From positions 4,394,699 through 4,458,698 of the forward strand of contig CM082581.2 in the NCBI GenBank assembly GCA_040954595.2: a stretch of 64,000 nucleotides of DNA, written 5' to 3'. The first letter of the stretch is position 1. Every line of letters starts with the position of its first letter. Under the pieces are notes generated by a model. It was not told the origin of the DNA. It did no database searches and saw only the letters and a program-made list of their open reading frames with translations. A program made the position numbers and the translations under genes. Origin of the DNA: Balanoglossus misakiensis (Eukaryota > Animalia > Hemichordata). This document shows, piece by piece, positions 51,950 through 64,000 of the stretch.

Positions 51950-54600
51950 CATCTGTCTCGCCCGCAAAAGTTCCAGTAGGTCGAATCACGATTATCAACT
52001 AAAACCTTGCACCATAAAGATTTGTAAACGAAGGGAATGTATACCAGTAAAACTTCGGAAATAAACCATGACTTCTTCTTTGCACTTTTGTGCTTTTTCT
52101 GTTGTTCACACAAAGCCATCATATTATTCATTCTTGTGTCATCATCGTGTATGCAGAACCAGCGCGGGGCAGTGTGTGAAGCGGTGTCAGTGCCTGATGC
52201 CAAAGGGTCCAGCGTTATAATTGAAACTGCGACTCTGTAATTGTTTGAGAAAGGTCGTGTGTGTCTTTCACAGGGCCATCAGAAACAGCATGAGGTTATA
52301 CTGCGGTGTGAAAATCAAAGAGCGCTCCTACTTTTCCTGTTGACCTGTGCCATGAATCTAACAGCGTAACATACGAGTAAACACACGGTATAATGAAAAA
52401 ACATTGATTTCAAGGTATAAATCCCGTGTAGTCAGAGCATCTGAAATCGTCTAATGTTTTGAGCACCGATGCGAGTAAACGTTTATGTCTTATATGTTTT
52501 TAGTTGACGTTTATATTTCCCCAATTTCAACGCACCGGAATTATCGTTTCTTATTCAAAGTATACCTGTCGAAACTCTCAATTGTATCAAAGGTTGCCAA
52601 ATATTTCTGGGTGTAAGTTTTTTGTGACACAAATCTTTAGTATCGGAAAATGGTTAAGCTGATAATATTTTATTTTACCCATGAAACAAACTAGGCATTT
52701 CTGATGGTATGGTAACTTGGTTTTGTTGACATCTAGCATGCAAAGAGTGATGCCAGATGGAATTATGTGATAAGCATAAAACGTATCAAAGTGAAATCTA
52801 TACAGCGTGGGCAACTCGCGTAAACGGTTTGCCTGTAGACATACATTGTAATTTGACGAAAGGAGAGTCAACAAGATTCAAAATCTTTATTAAACCAATG
52901 TGTAGGAAGTGGAGTCGTCATAAGTGACTGCAGTCAAACGTTAAACCTTGTTACAAACTATATAAGAACTTCTTTCGCCTTAACCAACACAATGACAAAC
53001 AACGAAGGTCAAGATGTCGACCGACCTCTCTCTTCAACTCTCATACTGTTGGTAATTCGGATACCAGTATGTGGCTAACAGTAGATTAGCTGAATTAATT
53101 TATAAAGAAAACGTAACAAACCAATATTACAGCAGTGAGCGTCATCCGTGATAGCTTGCGGTTTGCGCATGTGCATTGTGCATCCCTGCAGATAAATCAA
53201 AGTTGCAATGACATCCAGGGATCACAAGGTAAAACCATCGGCGTATCAATACACAATGCTAGCTGTTGGAGATCATGGAAAACGTGATATTTTCCCTATA
53301 TACAGAGTTGCAGTGAAGTATCACGTCGCTTATAGATTTGGCATACTATATAACATAGCCTGGTAAACACCACCTAATAATGGTAATTTACCTTGACTTG
53401 CTTTAACATTTACAGTGAACTATTTCATCACCCTGAATACGTACCAACTTGAGTATGTGCTGATTAAGGTTTAAATGCAGTTTTTCACAGCGATCTTGTC
53501 CATATTTTGCATCATATTGAGTGAAGTTCCTTTTGTCTCATGTACACACTTACTATACATAAGTCTTGCTCAAAAAATTGACAACTTTCTTTTATCTGAC
53601 ATGTCAAACTGACATTATTATTGATGCATTTAAAGTAAATTAGCGTTCTAATTCAAACATATTTGCAAAATTCAAAAAAAAATTGACTCAGTTCAGCATT
53701 GACGGTATCATCTTAAATGTTCACTCTTGATTGTATACATATTACACATCGAAACCAATACTTCGGTGAAGTACTCAAAGTTGGAATAAATTGAATTTGA
53801 CTTGGCGTGAATTTCATGTAAGTTTTAAAACCAAAATCTTACAATCAATGTCATTGTAGAACGAGAGAGGGTAACGCTAAACAAAATAGTCGCTATTGTC
53901 CACGTAAGGTCAAGTTTTGACATTATTATTATATTTTAGAAAGGGAAATCCGCCCCAAGTCTGTTGAATAAAGTGATTGCAAAATGGTATGTTTGCTTTA
54001 AGACGCGTCTTGTTTCCGGTCTTGAGTAAAATAGTCACATGAAAGTAAAGTTCAGATACACAGCTTTATGAAACTAGAAGGTTTATGGGGGTCTTCGATG
54101 AGACGTGTAGCCTTGAAAAATTCGTGCAGGCAGCATTAAGTGTCACCTTAATGGAACGACATTTCATCAGCCTAAAAACCTAGATGTATGCTTTGTTAGA
54201 TGTACGCACTACTAAAGTTGTTTTCGGTGTACTTTTGTCTTTGTCTTTTTTATCACCTTCCGTTTAATTATGAATATTGGCTTCTGGGAACTTGCCCATG
54301 ATTGTGAGAATCTTGTCATGTCCTTCACTCACTGATAAATTCTGCATTTTGTACTGAGATAGCAAGGGCGTGATTTCAAATAATTGTGTCAATCAGAGAA
54401 GATCTTGAGGAAATTACAAGTCTTTAGTAACAGATAGCTGGCAAACTCAATTCTGTGCGACGTTCGTTTTTCGCGGCAGGTCACCATTGTGTCTCTAGAC
54501 CGGTGCTGTAGTGAGCTACAACACGCACATTTTCAAGGAATCATCGCAGCACCAGTGTCGTTCAGTCGACCCATTACTCTAGCGCCAATAAGACCTAATA
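51950..54600 (-). pseudogene. Decayed LRR ectodomain, LRRNT to LRRCT, no TM/TIR seen (unit 14)
   Basis: LRRNT KCACC...TMVTCREKRTSHRI (~54531-54448). LRRs MKFTPSQIQFIP (~53817-53782), VCLQANRLRELP, TLCMLDVNKTKL and NLHPEIFGNL (ORF 52587-52874). LRRCT VLLVYIPFVYKSLW (ORF 51907-52203), where N/C/C of NPFxCxC are each one substitution away. Confidence 0.68.
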
Positions 54601-54799
54601 CTACAAACCGCAAATACAACTACAGGATAATTGCGACCTTGTCACGTGTAGGTGACAGTTGATCACATTAACGTAATAGCGTCAGATCGTCGTAAATCTT
54701 TCTGAGTTCGTTGACCGTCATTTTCAGTGGGGTGTACGTATGAGTGGTTCATCTAAGCCGTCAAACAGAATAATTCGCGCTGCCTTTACCTTCACTGTA

Positions 54800-57110
54800 A
54801 TGATGTCAGGGAGGGTACTTGACTGTTTCATTCATTGAATAATAGAGTTAAGGCCATCCGTGCGTCCCAGTATACACAGTGCTCAATTGAGGAAGCCCTT
54901 TGCATTGTTTTGCCCTAGCAAGGGATATGTTGTTGTTTGGCTAACGTTACATCAAGTGCAACGATATGTAAATATGATATTGACGGACTTGGCTTAATCA
55001 TGTTCCATGATTCATTGCAATTGACGACTCCATAAACTCTAGACCGTGAAACGGTTCATTAGTCAATGTTTACAGCAATAATGTAATTTATCCCAATGTT
55101 TGGAAAAATCGTGTTGATTGGAATTCATTTACTAGTAAGCAAGGCGGGGTTTAGGGTACCGAATATATATGATGGTGGTGGTGGTTGTGTTATACATTTA
55201 AATGAAATCGTCGTGCCTTGCCCAGTGTGCGCAAGTGCTTGATGATATTATGAATAAAACACAAGTCTGCTTTGAGAGACGTGTTATAGACACCTTTGTT
55301 GCTTCATGCAAGGCTGGGTTGCCTATATGGTTCGCCTTGCCACCAATACCTTCTGACGTAATGGCCAAGTTTCGTGAAAGGCACGACTAGGAGGCCTGCG
55401 TCAGCCACTGATTGTTGTAATCTGGTGGTGCGTACGGTCACACTAAATCAAGTTAATTGGGGTGACGTCAGCGTGGTGCTAAGACGAGCGTGGAGAAGTG
55501 GCGACGGTCTTTGACACAGCCTATTGAGAACCATATGGCAGGCACACAAAAGTGGACGTGATCGTTTTGACCAAGTATTGCTCTCCACCAAATTCCATGA
55601 CAACAACGAAACAAAAACCTGTCTTCATTGTCAAAATCTAGTTTTGGACGTGCGAAATGGTTCAATTGAAACTGATTTACTAAGTAAATGCAATTTTTGT
55701 AGAAGCATACTAGTAAATACCATGCGACAAAGGGAGCAAAATATCACAGAAATACAGCTTCAATGATGAATCGCACGGGAATGTACTTACAATGTTGACA
55801 TAACCAAAGAAGAACATTGAGATTATAAACAGTGCACACTTGTCAGTTTCGAGTAAAGAAATGTAGTTATCCGTTTAGTCATCCTTACGATTATTCTCCT
55901 GGGAAACCTCTATCTAAACAAGGCGCGTTTGCTCATAAACTTCAGTAATAACATCAGTCAACATGCACTACTTCGTCCTTGGCGTTTACTGTCAAAATTG
56001 ATTTAATAAGTTCGAACCTGTTTACATTCGTTTGGATATTTAACGGCACGCATTATCGAAACATCTTCCCACAATGTCACGTTACATAAATTGCTGTATA
56101 TTGATTTCAATCAAGTAAATTATTCTAAATTTGGTATTAAAATGAGTACAATCCGTATATTTCGCGAGAATGTATCGTAAACTTAAGATTGGAGCGCAAA
56201 ATCGCCTGATACCTGTACATCAATCAAGGTGGATTAGGATCTGCACAGTTCCAATCTTAGGATCGGCCAAATTAAGAAATTTATATAATTCAATTGCTGA
56301 AAATTTAACTGACACTTAGCGATATTGAGCAGTAGACGATGCTACGAGATAACTATAAATGAATATTAAGTTTTGTCTGATAAGCGTTTATTGAAGATTA
56401 GAGAGAGATAGCCAATGAAAGTGGCGGAATGTGATATTGTGGTTTATGGAGCTGACGTGAGCATACTGGGTAAATGGTTACATTGCTAGGGGCAACTTAC
56501 ATATGGCCAACCATCCAAATGACGTCTGTAGCTATTCGTTTTACTCAGATGGTCAGATTAGTCGTCTCGATTCAACAGCTATTATAGAATTTGAAGTAGC
56601 CGACATGGCATTAATAAATGTGCGTGTACAGTACTGGAAATGATGTTTGAGGTATTCCTTGCAGTAAATGTAAATATTCTGCGAAGCCACAGTCATGGGA
56701 AAATGTGAACTTTCAAAGATATTTTACATATGTGAATTTGAAATTATTTGACTACTAACTGAAGGGATAGTTTCTCGCACACTGCCACCATCTCAGATCA
56801 AAGATAATAGTTTGGTACTGAAACACCAGAAAAATGTACCAGTATGAAGCGGTAGATACCAGATTACTAGTAACATCTTTGTTATATGGATAATCCCATC
56901 AACAGTGACAAAGTTGAAAACCGCCTTGTTTTTTTACCCGTCAGCTATACTTCATATATTAGGAAGATGGGTAAAATAGTAAATTATTACAGTGAAAACT
57001 TTAATACCGTCATAAAATATCTTGGCCAACCTTAAAAGATTCATTTTACGTGCTTTTTTCCCGTGGTAGCTGGCCGTGGGCAATTTACAGCATGCTGAGA
57101 GCACATAGTT
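54800..57110 (-). pseudogene. Decayed TLR-like gene (unit 15)
   Basis: LRRNT-like MCSQHAVNC (ORF 57041-57226). LRRCT-like KLDFDNEDRFLFRCCHGIWW (ORF 55468-55665). TIR box1 spacing LFIISSSTCAHWA (~55257-55219; compare FISYSxxDxxWV). Confidence 0.48.
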
Positions 57111-57179
57111 TTATCTGTATCATTCGTCGTCAACAAGCGTATCATCAGACAACAAGGGAATATAAATACGCCGACGTCA

Positions 57180-59050
57180 TCCGCACGCTGAGTAGCTGAT
57201 GTCGGAAGTGATATGATGAAGTGCACGTGTACAAAGCAAAGTCGTTTCCCTGGAAAACTATTTGTATATTGAAAATGAAGAAATGTGATAAAACTGGTGA
57301 AGATTTACATTTCGGAAATAAGGTCCTGCATATATACAAGTATGATTTTTTGGCATCGCGTATTATACAAAGATGTGTTTACATACCGTTGCGTTAGTAA
57401 CCTGCAGACATTTCCATTATACGAAGCGATGACATCAGAGACCAAGCATATATGAGGACTGCAGGGTCTCATTTCGATATTGTACGGTCATTGGACTTTT
57501 CAAAACAAGTTTTTTTATACGCACAGTTTATATGAGAAATCCAATTGATGTCGGAATGCTTAACTCATTTGTGATATATTACCAGTCATTCATTTCTTGG
57601 TTGCAACATTGTGAATACGTTGCTGTAGAAACGAGTTTGATCATCTACAACTAAACACTGCTATTCTGCCCAAATACCGGTGTACATACTCTACATGTAT
57701 ATATGCATCATGATTTCTATATAAGTGACGCAGTCAGTTGGTGTTTATATAGATTAGATCTTACTTTGTTTGTTTACTCTTTTCACGGAAATGACTAGGT
57801 CTACTTTGCAAATATCACTTAGCAACTTCATAATTATACACAGCTTTAAAACGTTATGATCCATACCATTTTATCGTACACAAATATCATTTAAGATATA
57901 CGTATTTATTTATTAAGAGCATGAAGCCTTTATTACATACTGTATTATCAACCGTTTAAATGTCTACTGACATTTCAAAACTGCAATTCCAGAACTAATA
58001 AAAGGAAGTTGCAATCAGCCGTCTTGAAGGAATACACATACATGTAACTGTGACCTATGACCCCAATTTCTATTGGGTTGTCATATTTCCAAGTTAAATG
58101 TAACGCGTCGACCAGGGTTCGTTTCTCTGCTAAAACTAACATTTACCCTGTACATCGTGAACTGTGTTTAAAAATCTGTCAGTGGAAATAATTGAAAATA
58201 AAAGATCATTTGAAACAACTATACACTTTGCAATTTGTTAATGTATAGTTTATACAGCGCCTGACAGACATTCAGATAATGGTCATTGACTACCAAGATT
58301 TGTGTTAGACTACATTCTGTTACTTTAGTATGTCAATAATATCATTAGTCCGAAATTTTTGTTTGAAAATAAAGTCTTGCTTGCTATGCTCAATTCAACT
58401 CCTTTATAAAGTGATCCAGCAACATCATCCACATAACAGTGGCATGATTAATAGTATCATGTCTGGAATAACCACGGGCGGCATTGTTGAGAAAAGATAG
58501 CAGTTGAAACTGTGGGTGGCATTAATAAAAAAGAAATTAAGATGTTGCTTGCAAATATTGTTTCCATTTCCGAGTCCTCGTCGAAGCCAAAATCTGACGT
58601 GTTTTGTTTCGTAAGAACAAAATTAAATGAAATGAAGAGTACACTTCTCATTTTCAAATTCAATAACGCTCGCTGTTCTAAATACGCCTTATGTCTCCGT
58701 TTTGCAACGTTCACTTGCTGAATAACACCTGCCATGACGTGCATCTAACCACTAAATACCGTCACTGAAAGTCTAGTGACACGCAGACCTCACGCCGCTT
58801 CGCTCAGCGGTTCGTTTTCTTTTATCGCAACGATGCAGCCATAATTGATCTCATCCAAATAACATGTTGTGCTACAGTGTTGGTGTAAGGTCAACTTTTA
58901 AATGACAAATGACTTGCAAACAGCGGCAGACATTATTCAAGAGGGCATACACACACTGTCTCGCAAAAGCTATCATTTCATACTTAGGTTTTTTACAAGT
59001 GTGAACAGTTTGAATGTCCAATGATAGCACGTGTTTTTGGAAACCATGTC
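57180..59050 (-). pseudogene. Decayed LRR ectodomain, LRRNT to LRRCT, no TM/TIR seen (unit 16)
   Basis: LRRNT FCETVCVCP (~58968-58942). LRRs IQQVNVAKRRHKAYLEQRALLNLKMRSVLFISFNFV (ORF 58457-58744). LRRCT IVFQGNDFALYTCTSSYHFRHQL (ORF 57145-57339). Confidence 0.62.
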
Positions 59051-59262
59051 ACTATATCCCGTGGCTAAATGTATTCACGTTTGAAAACAAACGACTTTCT
59101 TAATTGATTCCATGTAAGTTTGCTTTCACAACCATATGAATAATTGGGAATGTAACCTTTATAAAGCATTGCAATAATCCAGCTTTGAAGATCGAACAGC
59201 ATGAAAATAAAAAATGATGCACCAAATTTGCGCAATTACCTAAATACAACTATCTCCTCCAT

Positions 59263-59545
59263 TAAGGTGGTGCGCGCCCCGGGGATCATATTATTAACGT
59301 GTATGAAGGGTCTTTAAGGATAAACGTAGAAAACACAGTGTCCATCGTCTTGTTTCCATTAAACCACTACTGTATATTTTCTCCAACGACTAAATACAGA
59401 GACGGCGGCCATTTTGAATTTCAAATTTGAGACACTTTCGCTCTTGCATTCAAATATTCAATGGTCACCGCCAATATTTAGATTCGATTTTAAGAGAAAG
59501 ATATAAAGTTGCCGCAACCAATATGACAAGTCTGAGACTTTCGTT
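59263..59545. mobile_element. Diverged TTAA-associated MITE-like repeat
   Basis: Starts ttaaggtggtgcgcgccccgggg and contains ggcggccattttgaatttcaaat. It resembles abundant invertebrate MITEs (from recollection, not searched). The right terminal repeat is not evident. Confidence 0.4.
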
Positions 59546-59684
59546 TACAATACACGAGTTTTTTGTTATCTATGATCCCTTAGATTATTCCCATAAACTA
59601 ATTGTTTCGCTTCTACACTTTCAGGTCTTCGTACACAGTGGAATGGTAAACAACCTGAACCAATATAACAGGTAAAATATTTTG

Positions 59685-59800
59685 CGATTGACTGATTACT
59701 TGATTGATCATCGATTGAGTGAGTGAGAGATTTATTGATTGATTGGTTGTGTATATAGGTGGGTGGGTGATCAGTTGGTTGGTTGATTGATTTATTGTTC
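59685..59800. repeat. Degenerate tetranucleotide repeat (TGAT/TGAG/TGGT/TGGG)
   Basis: Directly visible; source of the NQSI-rich ORF. Confidence 0.85.
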
Positions 59801-59899
59801 GGTTCACATCAATGAGATCTTAAGACTATTTTCGTTTTATTTAAAGAGTTTCATGCCCCGTCACTCACTGTTATCACCATAAGCATATGAATATACATG

Positions 59900-62300
59900 T
59901 ATGATATAGTATAGTGAAATTGATGTTTCGTTGATCAACTTCCTTTTGATGATTAAAACAAACATATAGGCTTATAACGCACATGCACTTTTAAAGCAAG
60001 GGCCACACTTATGAAATTTGATGATGACAAGGAATATCCATGCAAAATCCGGTCAGAAAATACACGGTCACATTTATACTTGGTATTAAACGCACGTGTC
60101 TGATGTGCAGTGGAGAGAAAATTGGTCACGTTTTTCAAATACTGAAATCTGTGACATTCGAAGATAGGTTCAGGGTGTCAGGGTTAGTTTAGGCTTGGAT
60201 GACATTTACAAAAGAAGAAGATACAATGTTGTGAAGCGCAAAGCAAAGGCAGATTGTTCGCTCTGCAAATATAAAATCTTGAAGTGGTTGTCTACATCCA
60301 TCATGTAGACTTACATGTAGTGGCATAGATGGCTGTCGTTGGGTTTTGCTTTGATGCGATCACCCACTGGAATCTTAAACTACGCAATATGTTACTGTGG
60401 GTTGTATCTCCTGATATCAACACATCCATGATGGCCAATCGGTGTCTTCGCAAGCTTTAGGGGCATTAACCTGGCGGATCACTGCAGATGACCAACGATT
60501 AGCTTTCAATTTAACTTCCACGGCGAATTTCTGTAGTTCTCAATTCAGGGCAAATGTTAACCCAATGAAAATGACTACGTGAAGGATTCGACAAATAGGG
60601 AGGAGACGGTGTCTTCTTTAAAGGTTCTCTTTTGACAATCAAGCTTTTCATTGCCTACGTTGTGGGTGTATACCCCCAGCTAACATTAACCGTAAACAAA
60701 CACTATGCGCTAAGGTTTCTAATCGGATCTTTGCTACTGCGTTAGGAAAGCCAATACGTGCCGACTGCGAAATCATTACCCGATAACGAAATCGTGATTC
60801 ATCAGCGTGCGACGCTCTAGTGAATCAAATTTCTACCCGCGTTCCAAAGTCTACTTTCCATATTGATTTTGTCATCGTTAATTCACACAGATTCGTCCCC
60901 CAATTCATTCTGCGGCACAGTAAGTGAATTCAAAGTGAATTCACCTGTCTAAAAATCCAGGTGCGATAGTAAAGTCACCTATGTCCCGATTCAGTTTGTT
61001 AATAGAACGCCTAGAAACACACAAAGTCCGCACTGTCTAGAACCAGTGGCGAATTCTACCACGGAAATGTATTAATATAGCCACTATAGTGTACACTGCG
61101 GCGATTACTTTGCCGTTGATATGATTAAATGGCCTACACTGACTGAGAATAATTACCTTCCCCACAAGAATACTGAACCAATGCGACAACTTGTACAGAT
61201 CCAATGCCTATATTATAGGTACGCAGTCGCATATGCAAATTTTGCCAGAGTTACTATGGACAGTTGAGAATACAGAGATTTTCGTGAGGCTGACACTATG
61301 ATGCCTTTGGACTAACACGTTCGTTCCAGATACCAGCTTCTACATGTACATGTATATGAACCTCGTTAGCGCAGGTAATTGAATACGGAATAGCAGTTTA
61401 TCATAACACGCTTGTACTCTCTTAATGGGGCGTACTAATCCTGTCCAGGATTTTATATGAAAGCTTGAATTGGTGGCTATGTTTTGTTGTTCACCAAATG
61501 TAGCATTTGTACACTCAGATCTGCGTTTCTTGTAAGGTTGTTGTAACAAGCCGATGCAATCTCTATAAGTGAATACTTCCAAAGATCAGATTAGAACACT
61601 GTAACACGACATGACTTTTCGCTAAATCATGAATTATCGTAGAATGGTCCGAAGGAGGTATGTGAAATTCGCTATCTCTGGTTAGATTTCTGGGCGAGCT
61701 AACTATACGACGTTTTCATTCATTATATGTTGAAATTGGAAAATGTTTAAACATTACGAGAGTTTGTTGAAATCCTTACGGGAGTTAAAACTTTACACGT
61801 ACAGTTGTATAGTAAACCTAGTCGATTTTCTAGAGTTCCTGAAAACCTTACTACAGCTTTGCTTCAGTTAATGACAGTGGTCATGGGAGGGTATAACAAG
61901 AAGAGTGGTATATAAAAGTGGGTTAATCGTACACGTTTGAGGGGGTTAACAAATCCACACCTCACGGTTTTGATGGCGTTTTGTACACCTCGAGAGGCCA
62001 TCGAATTATAGGCCAGCTTCAGTTAGCACTAATAGCGTCACCCTAAACCCTATTTCTTCGCTGTAATAATGAATATCCGTAGATATAATTTTAGTGGAAA
62101 GAGAACGCAAATATGCCAATGAATCCTGCCCTATGCAGCCTGTCCCCAGCGAATGCATTAATGCCGTCCGAGTATACTTCCTGTACCCGCTGGGCACGGT
62201 GATAGTATCGACAAAACAAGTTCCATAGTTGATAACCTACATGCCGACAAAGGGTGAGGGCACACCAACCATCGAATCCACAGAGAGGTGAATGCGGGAA
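59900..62300 (-). pseudogene. Decayed LRR-TM (TLR-like) gene (unit 17)
   Basis: LRRNT end TVPSGYRKYTRTALM and LRR CIGQDSLAYLRSLSTKIIS (ORF 62006-62197). LRR FHIKSWTGLVRPIKRVQACYDKL (ORF 61340-61582). LRRCT-like KQNP (~60350). TM-like region in ORF 59953-60138. No TIR seen; repeats follow. Confidence 0.55.
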
Positions 62301-62459
62301 GGCCGATGAGTGTCTTCAGCAAAAGAAAGCTCACGCGTATATAACCTTTTTACTGTTTTTCACATTAAACAGACGTAGCCTTACAAGTTAAGAAGTTCAT
62401 TTGATCAAACTAACCCACTCTTCGTGTTATTAGCAATAAGTACACCTGATCACATTACT

Positions 62460-64000
62460 CCTTCACGAAAGCTGATCGAGTACACTCCAGAGTAACCATA
62501 CCTATGACTCTTAACCGATTCACGAAAGATACCTACTCAACTCTTACTGATTTTAAAGTGGTTATCAGTTTACAACCAGAATTGGCAGTGCCTTTTGTTT
62601 CCAATGGTACAACTCTTGTCAAGTTCCCGATCGCTCTTGATACCTCAGTGCTTAGCCGAGCGTTGGTGCAAAAATATGATTTCCACCGGAACTGACTGGA
62701 CTGGACCCTACCGCTTCTGACAAACATAGTACATGTGAAATTAAACCTAGAACTCTTAACTCTGGCCAATACAGTACAGTACTGCAGGGTTTGTCAATGA
62801 ATTGTGAATAAACAAGAGCTACATGATCTCAAATGTGGTCAGTCAGTCCCTCCTTCTAAACGCTTAGCTTGTAAAACTAAAATATAATTTAAAATGGTCA
62901 CTATGTCTCCTTTACAATACACTTTATGAAAGAGTTGTTTTAACGGCCATTGCGCTTTTTTTTCTACAATTGCCCGTAAAATTAGTAATAGAATTGAATA
63001 ATATGTGTGTTTGTAGTACACTTTCTGAACAATTCACGTGAGACTGATATGTTTAACGGTCAATGCATTTTTTCGATGTTGTTCGTAAGAGCTACCCTAA
63101 TACAACTGCATGTCTTGCAGCAATGCATGTTGTCTATCAGATACATAAATATGTTTGTAGCTCGCGCGTGGTCTCTGCTGACATCAGCAGCATGGGAATT
63201 GCTGCACTGTAATTCAACTCTATCGACGTCATATGCCCCGACTCCATGAGGGTGCTGATATGCAAATCAAGCACCAATGCCTCGTGTAACTCTATTAGCG
63301 CACATTTCAATTATCCTAATTGGTCAGCCATTGACCCTCACAACATATGTTCACCCGTCGGCGTGAAAAATTGCTTAGCAGAGGAATTTCACTTCCTTGT
63401 TTTTTGTCCGAGGTTCCTACGGAGAGAATAGTTTCAACTCGCAATCATTGTATACGATCATTCAACGTAAAACTGGCACTGGCTTAACTAGGGTTGACGT
63501 AGTTACAGTCAAAAGGAAAACCGTTGCGCATCGATTTTTTAGACTTAATACGATTACCTGTAAAACACACCGCGGTCAATGACCTTTGCGTATAACGGGA
63601 TTTCATTAGCCGTACGTCACATGACATTCACTCTCCTCTGTGCCTAACTCACCGTAAACCTCGGGAATTTCAATCCAATCCTTCATTGATCTGTTTACGA
63701 AATGTAGGCTATCAATTAACTTGGTTGTACTCTGTCATTGGTTTCGATGTCCACGGCCACCGAGATTAAGATGGTCAGGGAGCATGCTCACTTACGATGT
63801 TAGGGACATCATAAGGGAAGAATTCTCCTTCTTGGATTTCTGTGAAGACTGACTAGATTTTACTAACCTTTTTACGGCAGGAGACCACATTAAAAAATCA
63901 GAGAGAACATGGTATACTGTAAATTCTCAATTTTCCTTTTGAGACCCTATTCACGCAAACGAAAGAAAGACAGAGAGACTTTTTCATGAAATAAATCTTC
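62460..64000 (-). pseudogene. Further LRR-gene fragments (unit 18 onward)
   Basis: LRRNT YFCTNARLSTEVSRAIGNLTRVVPL (ORF 62533-62769) and LRR-like FTEIQEGEFF (~63846-63817). Confidence 0.38.

Noticed and set aside
51850-53020. Apparent class A GPCR pseudogene on the minus strand (TVYAS...RF, VSWV, FFIIP/LLVCY, YIPF)
   Set aside because: It needed many substitutions, frame changes and non-canonical spacing. The open frame gives much better LRR matches (VCLQANRLRELP; SQIYNRPTNVFINITN), so the GPCR reading was over-interpretation.
62030-62240. CUB-domain-like reading (CFVDTITVPSG...GFRVT)
   Set aside because: Better explained as an LRRNT end plus first LRRs, consistent with the surrounding array.
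63796-63839. Candidate 44-nt minus-strand exon (cag|...|gtaagt; EIQEGEFFPYDVPNI)
   Set aside because: No partner exons were found and the peptide fits an LRR remnant; such splice-like signals arise by chance.

Overview
Eukaryotic, AT-rich DNA with no intact protein-coding gene, probably from a marine invertebrate deuterostome (inference from the repeat and gene-family style). Hand translation of the minus strand shows that most of the 64 kb is a head-to-tail array of about 18-20 heavily decayed, apparently intronless Toll-like-receptor (TLR)-type genes. Their layout is LRRNT, 24-aa LRRs, LRRCT, TM, TIR, all on the minus strand and riddled with stops and frameshifts. Several units are separated by only ~100-300 nt, and three times an LRR ectodomain runs directly into a second ectodomain with no TM/TIR between. 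Overlaid on the array are a near-perfect 8,265-bp tandem duplication (25972-34236 / 34237-42501) whose junction fuses two paralogues, a solo LTR with a 4-bp TSD (one per duplicate copy), MITE-like insertions, microsatellites, a perfect 29-bp-stem hairpin and a strong excess of TACATGTA. All domain calls are by-eye motif matches with no HMM or database search, so unit boundaries are approximate (+/- 100-300 nt).
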